NCBI RefSeq assembly: GCF_017876815.1
Contig: NZ_JAGIOS010000002.1
Location: 390,001-422,000, forward strand
Source: Sinorhizobium meliloti
GTDB taxonomy: Bacteria; Pseudomonadota; Alphaproteobacteria; Rhizobiales; Rhizobiaceae
Length of the DNA: 32,000 bases
Reading direction: 5' to 3'
Of this stretch, positions 1 through 10,128 are shown piece by piece. The notes beneath the pieces were generated by a model that made no database searches, had not been told where the DNA came from, and saw nothing but the letters and a program-made list of their open reading frames with translations. The first letter of the stretch is position 1. Every line of letters begins with the position of its first letter. The position numbers and the translations under genes are program-made.

Positions 1-87
1 TGCGCGCGCAACCGCCAGCACCCTCTCAAAGCTAATTCGCTCGAACGCTGGTGATCTTATGTTTCATTTGTTTTGTCGGAGCAGCCG

Positions 88-3000
88 ATGATGCTCATCT
101 GGCCGTATCGTCCCCACCCCCGGCATCTGGCTCTCTTTATCGTAGCCTACGTCCTGGGCTGCGGTTTTGCGCACGCCCTGGCAATTGTCCCTGGGACCGG
201 GATCTCCTTTTGGGCTCCTAGCGGGCTCTTCATTGCCACGCTCGCTATTGTCCAAAGGCAGAGCTGGCCGTGGTGGCTTCTGGCGGGATGTTTCGCCGAG
301 GTGCTAAGCAATTTCCTGTGGTTCCACAGCCCGTTCCCTGCCGCCATGCTGATATATGTCGGCAATGCCCTAGAGGCAGTGATCGGTGCCTCGCTGGTCA
401 ATTGGGCCTTAAAGCGATCGATTCGATTGGAAACCTTGCGGGAGGTTCTCGCTTTCGTCGTTCTGGGTGCTGGAGTTGCACCGGTGGTGAGCGCCACCGT
501 CGGAAGTGCGACACTCGCCTGGTTCCGCATATTATCGCAAACCTTCACCGGCGCCTGGCCGCTCTGGTGGATTGGAGACGCCACTGGTGTCTTGATCGTT
601 GCACCGCTGGCATTTATCGTAATCCAGAACTGGCGCGACAAGACCGAGCTTTCGGCGGCCCGATTGGCAGAAGCCTGCGTTCTTGGGCTGATTTTTCTTG
701 GAGTCGCCGCCCTTTCGCTCAGCGGCTACTTACCCTTTGCATACATCATCATGCCACCACTTCTTTGGGCCGCGGTGCGCTTCGAGGTCAAGGGTGCGGT
801 CGTCGTCCTGGTCCTCCTCACACTGATCACGGCGATATTCACGATATCCGGAACCAGTCCGTTTGCCGGCGACGACGAGACCCAGCGCCACAAGCAGTTC
901 ATGCTACAACTTTTCTTGGCAATTTCGGCATTTTCAGCGCTCATCGTCGCCGCCATATCCCGCCAGTATCAACTGGCATTGTCGAACCTGCAACAAAGCG
1001 TGGCTACTTTGCGGGAGAGAGAGCGGGAACTCTCTCAGATCGTGAACATGGTCCCAGTTCATATCCGGCGGCTGACCCCCGAAGGCGAGCCGACGTTCTT
1101 CAACAAGCGTCTTACTGATTTCTTCGGGCTTGACCTGCAACAGTTGGAAAAGCCGAATGCAAGCCGGCTGGTGACGGCCGTGCAGACCCTCGTCCATCCC
1201 GATGATGCCGATAGCTTGCTGCAAGCCGTTCGCCGGTCCCTGGCTACGGGCGAACCGTACTCCATAAAATATCGCATGCGGCGTGCGGACGGCGCCTATC
1301 GGTGGGTCGATGGCAGGGCCGAGCCTTTGCGGGATGACAGCGGAACCATCTTGCAATGGTTTGCAATCTCCATCGACATCGATGATGAGGTCCGAATGCA
1401 AGAGGCGCTCAAGCAGAGCGAGCGTCGCTACCGCGAACTCTTCCACTATATGCCGATCGGTCTTGCCCAGATAGATGCAGGCAAGCTTATCCCAATGTTC
1501 AAAGAAATGCGGGCACAGGGCGTCGTCAGTCTCGAAACTTACATTGACGAGAACCCCGAATTCCTCAGCCACGCGCTGGAAGCGCTGGAGGTCGAAGAGG
1601 TCAACCAGCATGTCATTGACATGTTCCGCGCAAATAGCCGGGAAGAAATGGGCGGCTCGATCACCCGCTACTGGCAGCCGGCCCTTGCCACCATCCGCCG
1701 CTCCATCGAAGCACGCTATCGCGGCGAAGAGGTCTTCCAGGAAGAAACCAGAGTGGCGCGGATGGACGGCAGCGTCATGGACGTCGTTTTCGCTACTGCC
1801 CAGCCCGGCGCCATTGCCGACAAGAGCCTCGTCGGCTTTATCGATATCACAGAGCGGAAGCGGGCCGAAGAGGCTCTGCGCGCACGCGAGCGGGAATTCT
1901 CGCAGCTCGTGAACATGGTTCCCAGCTATCTCTGGCGGTTGACGCCCGACGGTGTCCCGAACTTTCTAAATCAGCGACTGATCGATTTTCTGGGCCCGGA
2001 CGTCGTTAACGCGAATGTTGAAGGCGTTCATCCTCTGGCTGCTATCATTGGCGCTGTCGTGCATCCGGACGACAAAACGCGCATGAGCAACGCGTTGTTT
2101 CACAGCGTTGCGACCGGCGAACGATTCTCCATGAAGTATCGACTGCGACGCGCCGACGGCGTCTATCGCTGGGTGGAGGGTAGCGCTGAGCCGATGCGCG
2201 ATGAGGAGGGACGTATCCTCCAGTGGTACGGCCTCTCGCACGACATCGACGACATTATGCACGTGGAAGAAGCGCTGCGGAACAGCAAGCAGCAGCTGGA
2301 GCAGATGATTGAGGCCGTGCCCTTCAGCACCCTAAGCTTCGCGCCGACGGGCGAACTGACCTATGTCAGCAAGCGATATCAGGATCAGGCTGGCGCGCCG
2401 GGGGCGGAGATCAAGGATTTCGATGCACTGGCCCGGGAAGTGGCTCACCCCGACGACTTTCCAACAATGTTTGCACGGGCAACGCAAGGCTTTGCGACCG
2501 GCCAACCCTTCGTCAATCGGTTTCGCCGGCGCCTGAAGGACGGCAACTATCGCTGGATTGAGGCGCGCGCTCAGCCTTTGCGGCGCGCGGACGGCCCAAT
2601 CGTACAGTGGTACTTTGCTTCAATCGACATCGAAGAGGAGATGCGCGCACAGGAGGCATTGCGCGAGAGGGAACGCTTCCTCTGGCAACTGGTGGAAACC
2701 CTGCCGGCCATGATCGATTGCGCTGCGCCAAACGGCGAGCCGGTCTATCGGAGCCAGCAGCTCCGTGATTTCCTTGGTTATGAGCTTGAAGAACTCGACG
2801 GCGGGGCGAAATCCCGACTGGATGCAACGCTCGATGCCGGCGTCCATCCGGATGACCTTGCGGGCGTCAAGGAGCAGTATGCGCGTTCGTTGGAAAGCGG
2901 AGAACCTTATCGCAGAAAACATCGTCTGCGGCGTTTCGATGGCGAATATCGCTGGATCGAGACGCGCGCGGCGCCGATGCGCGACGAGAAAGGCGCCATC

Positions 3001-3777
3001 GTGCAATGGAATGTTATTTGTCTGGATGTCGACCGAGAGGTTCGGATGCAGGAAGAATTGCGACTGGCACAGGATCGGCTTGCGCGCGCCGGCCAGGCAG
3101 CGAGCCTTGCCGAGCTGTCGGCTTCCATCGCACATGAAGTAAACCAACCCTTGGCGGCGATCGTCGCCAATTCGCACGCATGCTACCGATGGCTTTCGGC
3201 AGACCCCGTCAACATCGAACGCGCCAAGATCACGACCGAACGTGTCATCCGCGACGCCAAGTCAGCGGCGGACGTCGTCAGCCGGATTCGAGCCCTCTTC
3301 AAGCAGTCGGTGGAGAATAGAGGCATTCTGGTTCTTTCGGACGTTATCTCGGAAGCGTGTAGTCTGGTCGCCGCCGAAGCCTTGCGCCGTCGCATCCGGC
3401 TCAACATCGACGTGGAAACTAACCTTGCGCCGGTTACAGTCGACCGGATCCAGGTACAGCAGGTCCTCGTCAATCTCATTCGCAACGGCATGGAGGCAAT
3501 GGATGCCGTTGACGACAACAAAACTGTCGATGTGCGCATGCATCAGGTGGACGACGAAGTGCGGATCGAGATAGGCGACAACGGAAACGGGGTCGCGTTT
3601 CCCGAGCGCATTTTCGAGCCCTTCTTCACGACAAAGGAAAATGGAATGGGCATGGGTCTCGCCATCAGTCGCTCGATCGTCGAAGCACACGGCGGACGTT
3701 TATGGGCGGAAAAAAACGAACCGCGCGGCGCGAGGTTCGTTTTCACCTTACCAAATGTAGCGAAGGGGGCGACATGA
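88..3777 (+). CDS. Sensor histidine kinase: MASE1-like membrane domain + five PAS modules + HisKA + HATPase_c
   Basis: The track ORF 73..3777 starts at TTG. GGAG at 78-81 sits 6 nt before ATG 88, so 88 is preferred. About 300 aa of hydrophobic helices come first, then 5 PAS-like modules. Four of these share VHPDD..G(E/Q)P(Y/F)..YR.RR.DG.YRW..P.RD..G.I.QW. H-box [14 protein letters not shown]-box [11 protein letters not shown]-boxes DNGNGV and [18 protein letters not shown]. Confidence 0.9.
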   Translation: MMLIWPYRPHPRHLALFIVAYVLGCGFAHALAIVPGTGISFWAPSGLFIATLAIVQRQSWPWWLLAGCFAEVLSNFLWFHSPFPAAMLIYVGNALEAVIGASLVNWALKRSIRLETLREVLAFVVLGAGVAPVVSATVGSATLAWFRILSQTFTGAWPLWWIGDATGVLIVAPLAFIVIQNWRDKTELSAARLAEACVLGLIFLGVAALSLSGYLPFAYIIMPPLLWAAVRFEVKGAVVVLVLLTLITAIFTISGTSPFAGDDETQRHKQFMLQLFLAISAFSALIVAAISRQYQLALSNLQQSVATLRERERELSQIVNMVPVHIRRLTPEGEPTFFNKRLTDFFGLDLQQLEKPNASRLVTAVQTLVHPDDADSLLQAVRRSLATGEPYSIKYRMRRADGAYRWVDGRAEPLRDDSGTILQWFAISIDIDDEVRMQEALKQSERRYRELFHYMPIGLAQIDAGKLIPMFKEMRAQGVVSLETYIDENPEFLSHALEALEVEEVNQHVIDMFRANSREEMGGSITRYWQPALATIRRSIEARYRGEEVFQEETRVARMDGSVMDVVFATAQPGAIADKSLVGFIDITERKRAEEALRAREREFSQLVNMVPSYLWRLTPDGVPNFLNQRLIDFLGPDVVNANVEGVHPLAAIIGAVVHPDDKTRMSNALFHSVATGERFSMKYRLRRADGVYRWVEGSAEPMRDEEGRILQWYGLSHDIDDIMHVEEALRNSKQQLEQMIEAVPFSTLSFAPTGELTYVSKRYQDQAGAPGAEIKDFDALAREVAHPDDFPTMFARATQGFATGQPFVNRFRRRLKDGNYRWIEARAQPLRRADGPIVQWYFASIDIEEEMRAQEALRERERFLWQLVETLPAMIDCAAPNGEPVYRSQQLRDFLGYELEELDGGAKSRLDATLDAGVHPDDLAGVKEQYARSLESGEPYRRKHRLRRFDGEYRWIETRAAPMRDEKGAIVQWNVICLDVDREVRMQEELRLAQDRLARAGQAASLAELSASIAHEVNQPLAAIVANSHACYRWLSADPVNIERAKITTERVIRDAKSAADVVSRIRALFKQSVENRGILVLSDVISEACSLVAAEALRRRIRLNIDVETNLAPVTVDRIQVQQVLVNLIRNGMEAMDAVDDNKTVDVRMHQVDDEVRIEIGDNGNGVAFPERIFEPFFTTKENGMGMGLAISRSIVEAHGGRLWAEKNEPRGARFVFTLPNVAKGAT

Positions 3778-3871
3778 CAAGGGGGTATGTGCTTTCATTG
3801 CGACGACGCGGCAGCATCAAGGGGGCGCTCGGCGAACTCCTGGAGCGTACGATGCAGGAGGCATTCCCGAC

Positions 3872-4249
3872 ATGCACAAAACAAGACCGATGATCGCGGT
3901 TGTCGACGACGATCCAAGGCTGCTTGACTCGCTGGAAGAGCTTCTGGAATCCGCTGGATATACCGCCTGTTGCTTTGGTTCGGCCAGCGGCCTGCTCGAT
4001 CACGGACTATCGAATCTGGACCTGCTCATAACCGACATCGGGATGCCCGGCATAAATGGCTTCGAACTTCGTGACCGGGTGAAGAGTGCGTGTCCGGAGT
4101 TGCCGGTATTCCTGACTACAGGACGCCACGAAATCGCTGACCAGGGTGGCGCCCAGGGCGTTAACGGCTTTTTCCGCAAACCCTTCGACGCTCCTGACCT
4201 GCTGGTCGCTGTTTGCAAGGCGTTGCGAAAATCGAGAGATAGAGGGTGA
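3872..4249 (+). CDS. Single-domain (CheY-like) response regulator receiver
   Basis: 125 aa. AGGAGG lies about 9 nt upstream of the ATG. Acidic pocket VVDDD, phospho-acceptor context LLITDIGMPG, conserved Lys in FRKPF. No output domain. Confidence 0.9.
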   Translation: MHKTRPMIAVVDDDPRLLDSLEELLESAGYTACCFGSASGLLDHGLSNLDLLITDIGMPGINGFELRDRVKSACPELPVFLTTGRHEIADQGGAQGVNGFFRKPFDAPDLLVAVCKALRKSRDRG

Positions 4250-4250
4250 C

Positions 4251-4952
4251 ATGAGACTTAGCCAGTCGGCTGGAACATCAGCCCCCCTGTTATCACAACG
4301 CAAAAAAAGTTCAGCCGAACCAATTGTCGTCGTCGTCGATGACGACGCAGCCGTGCGCGAGGGTTTGTCCGAGTTGATCCTCTCGGCGGGCTTCCAGCCC
4401 GTCAGCTTCGCCTCGGCGCAGGAACTGCTCAACGCCGTTGACATATTGGATGGCCCGGGCTGCCTGATTCTTGACGTCCACATGCCAGGAGAAAGCGGGC
4501 TCGATCTCCAGCACCATCTGGCCGAGCGCGGCATTGGCAAGCCCATCATTTTCCTGACCGGTCGCGGCGATATCCCGATGACGGTTCAAGCGATGAAGGA
4601 TGGCGCGGTGGATTTCCTCACCAAGCCCGTGTCGGACCGGACGTTGCTCGATGCGGTCATAGCCGCTATCGCGTTGGATCAAACCCAGCGAGCGGAAGCG
4701 ATCGTGGTCAAGCGCAATGTTGAACGTTTGAAGACACTGACGCGGCGCGAACGGGAAGTCCTACGCGAGGTGGTGACGCGCGGACGCCTCAACAAGCAAA
4801 TCGCCTTCGACCTTGGCATCAGCGAGGTCACGGTCAAGCTGCACCGTGCCAACGTAATGCGTAAGATGGAGGTCCGTTCCATCGGCGAACTGATCAGGGT
4901 ATGGGAAACCTTGCCCCCGACGGTGCGCGAGAGGGCGGAAGCACGATTTTGA
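4251..4952 (+). CDS. FixJ/NarL-type response regulator (REC + LuxR-type HTH)
   Basis: The track ORF starts at 4146, but ATG 4251 lies 1 nt after the TGA (4247-4249) of the upstream receiver gene. REC motifs VVVDDD, LILDVHMPGESG, FLTKP. C-terminal LTRREREVL...NKQIAFDLGISEVTVKLHRANVMRKM. Confidence 0.88.
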   Translation: MRLSQSAGTSAPLLSQRKKSSAEPIVVVVDDDAAVREGLSELILSAGFQPVSFASAQELLNAVDILDGPGCLILDVHMPGESGLDLQHHLAERGIGKPIIFLTGRGDIPMTVQAMKDGAVDFLTKPVSDRTLLDAVIAAIALDQTQRAEAIVVKRNVERLKTLTRREREVLREVVTRGRLNKQIAFDLGISEVTVKLHRANVMRKMEVRSIGELIRVWETLPPTVRERAEARF

Positions 4953-4970
4953 CAACCCGACATCGGCTGC

Positions 4971-5903
4971 TCAGATAAAGGCGATGGCTTTTGCCTCTCG
5001 GGCGATAAAATCGCAGACGAGTTTTACACGCAACGGCACCGTGCCCCCAAAGGCGTGCAGGGCACTAAATGGAGCGCTGGGGAACGAAAAACCTGTCGCG
5101 AGTGCAACAAGCCTGCCTCCTTCCAGGTCTTTCGCTACCAGACACCGCAAAAGATAGGCCGCTCCGAGCCCACTGAGCGCAGCCTGAATGAGTGCGGTTC
5201 CTGAGTCGCAATCGACGCGCCCCGAGGGTATGAAACTCCTCCCGTCCGGCAGACGCATTGGCTGAGTGATGCCGCCCAGCGCATAGCGGGCGAAGGGCAG
5301 AGTTGCCAGCGCTTCGGCGGTCGCAGGATTTCCCCAGGTTTTCAGAAAGGCCGGAGACCCGACAATCGTCATCGGTAGGTCAGCCAGGTGACGAACCATA
5401 TAATCCCCCGGAGCGGAATTCCCGACGCGCAACGCGACATCATAGTCCTCCCTGATCAGATCGACAAACCGGTCTGTCAGTCCGACTTCAATATGCAGGT
5501 TCGGATAGTCGGCCGCGAAACTTCCGAAGAGACGAGGCAGCAATAGGGGGGCCATTTCGTTCGGCATGCTGATGCGCAAGCGGCCGGAGGGTGCAATGTC
5601 TGATCTGATCGCCTCTTCACTTGCCCCCAAGTCCCGCAACAGCGGCGCAACGCGGTCGAAGAACAACTGACCATCCTGGGTAAGCATCAGGGCGCGCGTG
5701 GATCGCAGGAAGAGCCGGGTACCGATTTTCTTTTCCAGGCGTGCAACACCTTTCGACACCGCCGACGGTGTTGTTCCCAGGTCGCGGGCCGCAGCGCTGA
5801 ACGATCCGGCCTCTACCGTCCGCACAAAAGCCATCAACCCGGGAATTTCGTTGAGAAGGTTCGGCAATTGCGCCTCCGCGGCACAGCTCATGTGCCCGCC
5901 CAT
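4971..5903 (-). CDS. LysR-family transcriptional regulator
   Basis: N-terminal wHTH FVRTVEAGSFSAAARDLGTTPSAVSKGVARLEKKIGTRLFLRSTR followed by a substrate-binding-type C-terminal domain. Divergent from the SDR gene. ATG 5891 is an alternative start. Confidence 0.9.
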   Translation of the reverse strand: MGGHMSCAAEAQLPNLLNEIPGLMAFVRTVEAGSFSAAARDLGTTPSAVSKGVARLEKKIGTRLFLRSTRALMLTQDGQLFFDRVAPLLRDLGASEEAIRSDIAPSGRLRISMPNEMAPLLLPRLFGSFAADYPNLHIEVGLTDRFVDLIREDYDVALRVGNSAPGDYMVRHLADLPMTIVGSPAFLKTWGNPATAEALATLPFARYALGGITQPMRLPDGRSFIPSGRVDCDSGTALIQAALSGLGAAYLLRCLVAKDLEGGRLVALATGFSFPSAPFSALHAFGGTVPLRVKLVCDFIAREAKAIAFI

Positions 5904-5961
5904 GATCTAATTATCCCGGGCGGCGCCGTTTATCTAGTTTCTAGTCGAAAGGAGATAAACA

Positions 5962-6711
5962 ATGCACCACCTCAAAGACAAGGTCGCCGTCATCACCGGC
6001 GGTAATAGCGGGATCGGCAAGGCGACTGCTCGTCTGTTCGCGGAAGAAGGGGCGAAGGTTATCATTACCGGACGGCGACGGGATGTTGTCGATCGCGCCG
6101 TGCAAGAAATCGGTCCGTCGGCCATCGGCTTCGTGGGCGACGCGGCCGACCTTGGCGACCATCGCAGGCTGGCGGACGCCGTGAACAGCCGCTTCGGCGG
6201 GCTCGACATCTACATGGCCAATGCTGCGGTCATCAATCTCACTCCCTCCGCGGAGGTGACCCCGGAAGACTATGACCGGCATTTCGCAACCAATACGCGC
6301 GGCGTGTTTTTCGGCGTGCAGACGATCGCCCCTCTGATCCGCGACGGCGGAAGCATCATCGTTACAAGCTCGCTCGCGGCCACTAAAATTCTTCCGGATC
6401 ACACCGTCTATGCCGGTTCAAAGGCAGCAACCGCCGCCTTTGCTAAAAACTGGGCACTCGAATTCAAGTCGCGCAGGATTCGCGTAAACATCCTGAGCCC
6501 GGGACCGGTCGAGACCGAAATCCTCGCCAAGTTGGGCGTATCGGAGGCCGAGCGGCCGGCTTTCGAAGACCGCATGGCTTCCTTGATCCCTGCGGGCCGG
6601 CTTGGCCGGCCGGAAGAGTTGGCGCGCGCCGCACTTTTCCTCGCCTCCGATGCGGGAAGCTTTGTCAATGGGGTCGAGCTTCATGTCGATGGCGGCATGA
6701 CCCTGACTTGA
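5962..6711 (+). CDS. Short-chain dehydrogenase/reductase (SDR) family oxidoreductase
   Basis: AAAGGAG SD at 5948-5954. Cofactor motif VITGGNSGIGKA, NAA motif, catalytic YAGSKAA. 249 aa. Confidence 0.92.
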   Translation: MHHLKDKVAVITGGNSGIGKATARLFAEEGAKVIITGRRRDVVDRAVQEIGPSAIGFVGDAADLGDHRRLADAVNSRFGGLDIYMANAAVINLTPSAEVTPEDYDRHFATNTRGVFFGVQTIAPLIRDGGSIIVTSSLAATKILPDHTVYAGSKAATAAFAKNWALEFKSRRIRVNILSPGPVETEILAKLGVSEAERPAFEDRMASLIPAGRLGRPEELARAALFLASDAGSFVNGVELHVDGGMTLT

Positions 6712-6849
6712 GATGCAGCGCATGGAGCCTGCTCGCAGGAGCGATGCGTAGTCATGAGTTGCCTACAGACTCTAAGTACTTGCAGAGGCTTCGGGGGTCC
6801 TAGTCTTCATCCGTCATGTCTGCCAGCGTGCTTTTCCGCCGACGCGTTT

Positions 6850-7212
6850 TCAACTGCCGCGATAAGTGGAATAGCCGTAAGGCGAGAGCAGCAGCGGCAC
6901 ATGGTAGTGGCTGTCGGCATCTGCAATGCCGAAGCGCAGGGGAACGAGCTCGAGAAAGGCGGGATCCGGAAGCTTCACGCCCGCGGACCTAAAATAGTCA
7001 CCGGCGTGGAAGACCAGTTCGTAGGTCCCGGTCGCGAACCCGGCCCCCTCCATGAGCGGTCCATCGACACGGCCGTCGCTATTGGTATGGACCGTACGGA
7101 TGAGGTGCCGCGCATCGCCTTCGAGCCGGTAGAGATCGATCTTCAGCCCGTGGGCGGGTCTGCCGAGCGCGGTGTCGAGAATGTGGGTCGTCAGGCGGCC
7201 TGACTTGCTCAT
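6850..7212 (-). CDS. uraH: 5-hydroxyisourate hydrolase (transthyretin-like)
   Basis: Start re-derived as ATG 7210-7212 (M74 of the track ORF), preceded by GAGGGAG. 120 aa with [14 protein letters not shown] near the N-terminus and the diagnostic C-terminal YRGS tetrapeptide. Confidence 0.9.
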   Translation of the reverse strand: MSKSGRLTTHILDTALGRPAHGLKIDLYRLEGDARHLIRTVHTNSDGRVDGPLMEGAGFATGTYELVFHAGDYFRSAGVKLPDPAFLELVPLRFGIADADSHYHVPLLLSPYGYSTYRGS

Positions 7213-7605
7213 GTATCTCCCTCTCGCAAGTCCTGTCATTGTGGAGGAAGCTAGCCTTCTCTTCCTTCGAGAAGCAACCCCTGTCCTGCATCGCGGGCCG
7301 CGCTGTCCGCAGAAAGCGGCGCTCGTTTCCGCCGGGTTCCTGCGCGAGGCTGACAGGAACACCATAGTCGAACGCGGAAAAGCGATATTACCGGCACGGT
7401 GACGACATTTGCCCTGACTCGGCTGGAACACCGTGCGCCCGGACCGGCGCCGGCGCTCCGGAACTTCTTCCGCTGGCGCCTAGCCACCTTTTTCGCGGCT
7501 GCGGCCTCCGGGTGCGCGCCATGGAAAGCTGAACGCTTTGACTAGAATTGGATTTCAGAGCTGGCGGCCGACATGCCTCTTTACGATTTACGACCCGCGC
7601 ATATA

Positions 7606-7686
7606 GCGCACTTCCAGGAAAAGCCTTGTAACGGCTTTCCGTCCGGAAGTGCGCAGTTTTTAAATTCTTAGAGCGCTCAGTGTTTC
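7606..7686. repeat. Structured intergenic repeat element, copy A
   Basis: 10-bp arms GCGCACTTCC (7606-7615) / GGAAGTGCGC (7645-7654) with an inner AAAGCC/GGCTTT hairpin. Followed by the shared tail AAGTGCGCAG-N11-TTAGAGCG-N4-GTGTTTC. Confidence 0.6.
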
Positions 7687-7717
7687 CATGAAACTTTGAA
7701 AACCCTCTATTGAAAGG

Positions 7718-7748
7718 TTGACACAACTACTAAAAAAATAGATATAAT
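7718..7748 (+). promoter_or_regulatory. Promoter-like TTGACA-N17-GATATA(AT) in the AT-rich island
   Basis: TTGACA at 7718-7723 and GATATAAT at 7741-7748. Further look-alikes at 7749-7778 and 7867-7895. AT-rich DNA produces such matches by chance. Confidence 0.25.
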
Positions 7749-8008
7749 TTGACAACCTACAGATGCAGAGCGATCAATGTGGCAGCTTCGCGACTTGCCG
7801 TTACCGGGAGCTAGATGAGCCGATTACCTGGTATCCCTTGCTTTCTGCTTTACTGGTTATTATATCTTTGACGTTATTATACTACATTATATAGACTATA
7901 CAGGTTATCAATTCCGAACTGAGCTAGGCTGCTTATACATGCTCCAATAACTTATGTCGTTTTCTTTGGCGTCCTGGATTTCTTTACAAATCCGTGAGTA
8001 GGTCTTGC

Positions 8009-8521
8009 TCAACGCAATTCCTCGCTTGATGGATCGGGAATGACGAAAGCCTCGTCGTAGTGGAACTCTTCCAGGTTGTTGCCCGGCCCCTCGCGGTCGA
8101 CAACGATGAACTCGCTGACGGCGCCCACTGACATCAGCGGATGATGCCAGACATTGCGGCCGTAGTTGACGCCCTGCCTGCCATCCGCAATGAAGACCCT
8201 CGGCCGGCCCGGCCGGTCGCCTTGATCCTCGGCGACTACAACCAGCCACGGCCGGTCCCGGAGCGGCGAAAAGCTCTGGCTGCCGAGCGGATGGCGCTCC
8301 ATCATCGTCACGGAATAGGGAAATACCCGGGGCTGCCCGCGAAAGATGTTGATGATGACGCCGGCACCCTCTCCCGCCGCATCGACGCGTGCGAGCGCGT
8401 GAAACCGTTCGGTATTGCCGCCATTGATGAAGCGCATCGAGGCCGGGTCGGCCTCGATGACGCTGCCGAACGGCGCGAAAGCCTCCCTGGTCAGAGGCTC
8501 GATCGAAAGCATATGCGACAT
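8009..8521 (-). CDS. allA: Ureidoglycolate lyase (AllA family)
   Basis: 170 aa. [16 protein letters not shown]...NGGNTERFH...[11 protein letters not shown] is typical of the AllA cupin-like family. Lies in the ureide cluster. Confidence 0.88.
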   Translation of the reverse strand: MSHMLSIEPLTREAFAPFGSVIEADPASMRFINGGNTERFHALARVDAAGEGAGVIINIFRGQPRVFPYSVTMMERHPLGSQSFSPLRDRPWLVVVAEDQGDRPGRPRVFIADGRQGVNYGRNVWHHPLMSVGAVSEFIVVDREGPGNNLEEFHYDEAFVIPDPSSEELR

Positions 8522-8617
8522 CAGCCTGCCGTTCCGGCTCTCTGCGCGTTGGCACGCGAAGGCCCGGACGCGAAACGTGGCGTCTCGGCCGCACAGACGG
8601 ACAGATCAGGAATGGTG

Positions 8618-9121
8618 TCAGGCATTGTCGTCTCCCGGAAGCATGGATCGGAGCCGCAGGCGGGCGATCCGCTCCACCTCGGCACAGGCCGTTTCAAATT
8701 CCTCTTCCTTGGAATTGTCAATGCGCCTCTCGAAAGCGGCGAGGATGTCTTCCTTCGTCAGCCCCTTCACCGCGATGATGAAGGGAAAGCCGAATTTCTT
8801 GGTGTAGGTCGTGTTCAGCCCGGTGAAGCGCGAATGCTCTTCGGGGGAGAGCCGGTCGAGACCGGCAGACGCCTGCTCGGCTTTCGAATCGGCCGTGAGC
8901 TCGCCCGCCACCGCCAGCTTGCCTGCAAGATCAGGATGAGCCCGCAATACCCGAAGCCGTTCGGCCGGGGAAGCCGCGCGGAACGCGTTGCAGAGCGCCG
9001 AATGGACGTTGCCAGCGGTCAATCCGGAAGAAGCCGCGCGATCATAGGCGCGTTCCGCGACCCAGGGCGAGTGCTCGAAGATGCCGCCGAAGCGCCGGAT
9101 GAAATCATCGCGCTCCGACAT
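8618..9121 (-). CDS. uraD: 2-oxo-4-hydroxy-4-carboxy-5-ureidoimidazoline (OHCU) decarboxylase
   Basis: 167 aa from ATG 9119-9121. Motifs FGGIFEHSPWVAERA, LRAHPDLAGK, YTKKFGFPFIIAVKG. The start overlaps the puuE stop by 1 nt (TGATG). Confidence 0.9.
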   Translation of the reverse strand: MSERDDFIRRFGGIFEHSPWVAERAYDRAASSGLTAGNVHSALCNAFRAASPAERLRVLRAHPDLAGKLAVAGELTADSKAEQASAGLDRLSPEEHSRFTGLNTTYTKKFGFPFIIAVKGLTKEDILAAFERRIDNSKEEEFETACAEVERIARLRLRSMLPGDDNA

Positions 9122-10050
9122 CAGCGGGTACCGTTGGGCTTGTGGTGTTCGTACCAGTGGCGCGCGATGTCGATGCGGCGCGGCACCCAGACCTTGTCGT
9201 GGGACATCACATAGTCGATGAACCGCGCAAGCGCCGCGGCGCGACCGGGCCGCCCGACCAGACGGCAGTGCAGGCCGATATTCATCATCTTCGGGCTGCC
9301 TTCCCTGCCCTCCGCATAGAGCACGTCGAACGTGTCCTTGAGATAGGTGAAGAACTGGTCGCCGGAATTGAAGCCCTGATTGGTCGCAAAGCGCATGTCG
9401 TTGGCGTCGAGCGTATAGGGAATGATAAGATGCGGATTGCTGGGCGTCGGTCCGGGGACCCAATAGGGAAGCTCGTCCGCGTAGGAATCGCAGGAATAGA
9501 GGAAACCGCCCTCCTCCAACACGAGCTTGAGCGTATTTGCCGAGGGCTTGCCCTGGTAGATGCCGAGCGGGCGCTCGCCGGTCAGTTCGGTGTGCAGCCG
9601 CACGACCTCGCGGATGTGCTGGCGCTCGATATCTTCCGGAACGTCCTTGTATTCGAGCCAGCGCAGGCCGTGGCTGGCGATCTCCCAACCGGCCTCCTTC
9701 ATGGCGGCGACGGCTTCCGGATTGCGTGCCATGGCGAGCGTCACGCCATAGACCGTCAGCGTCACGCCCCGGCTCGTGAACATCCGCCACAACCGCCAGA
9801 AGCCGGCGCGGGCGCCATACTCGTAGATCGACTCCATATTGAGGTTGCGCTGTCCAGCCCATGGCTGAGCGCCGACGATCTCCGACAGCAAACACTCGGA
9901 CGCTGGATCGCCGTCGAGAATGCAGCTTTCGCCGCCCTCCTCATAGTTCAGCACGAACTGCACGGCGATATCGGCGTCGCCCGGCCAACGCACCTCAGGC
10001 GGCCTGCGCCCGTAGCCGACGAGGTCGCGCGGATAGGAATTCTCGGACAT
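9121..10050 (-). CDS. puuE: Allantoinase, PuuE type (polysaccharide-deacetylase fold)
   Basis: Start re-derived as ATG 10048-10050 (MSENSYPRDLVGYG...). Contains RWPGDADIAVQFVLNYEEGGE and a long conserved body. Translationally coupled to uraD. Confidence 0.9.
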   Translation of the reverse strand: MSENSYPRDLVGYGRRPPEVRWPGDADIAVQFVLNYEEGGESCILDGDPASECLLSEIVGAQPWAGQRNLNMESIYEYGARAGFWRLWRMFTSRGVTLTVYGVTLAMARNPEAVAAMKEAGWEIASHGLRWLEYKDVPEDIERQHIREVVRLHTELTGERPLGIYQGKPSANTLKLVLEEGGFLYSCDSYADELPYWVPGPTPSNPHLIIPYTLDANDMRFATNQGFNSGDQFFTYLKDTFDVLYAEGREGSPKMMNIGLHCRLVGRPGRAAALARFIDYVMSHDKVWVPRRIDIARHWYEHHKPNGTR

Positions 10051-10128
10051 AATTTCACCCTTCGACTTTTCCGGAACGGTAGCATCCCGCACCGGATTGT
10101 CGAGATGAGAAAAATGGCGATTCCGAGG

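Noticed and set aside
7213-7560. GC-rich 350-nt stretch upstream of uraH with overlapping 70-112-codon ORFs (7172..7402+, 7251..7487-, 7388..7726-), considered as a missed gene or pseudogene.
   Set aside because: None of the six frames shows a recognisable motif, an SD-linked start or protein-like composition. I cannot exclude a degraded gene without a translated database search (BLASTX).
7914-7926. tRNA D-arm-like string (minus strand TAGCTCAGTTCGG) in the AT-rich island, considered as a tRNA gene or att-site remnant.
   Set aside because: The flanking sequence cannot form acceptor, anticodon or T arms, and no GTTCGAATC-type T-loop is present. A 13-nt resemblance is within chance expectation.
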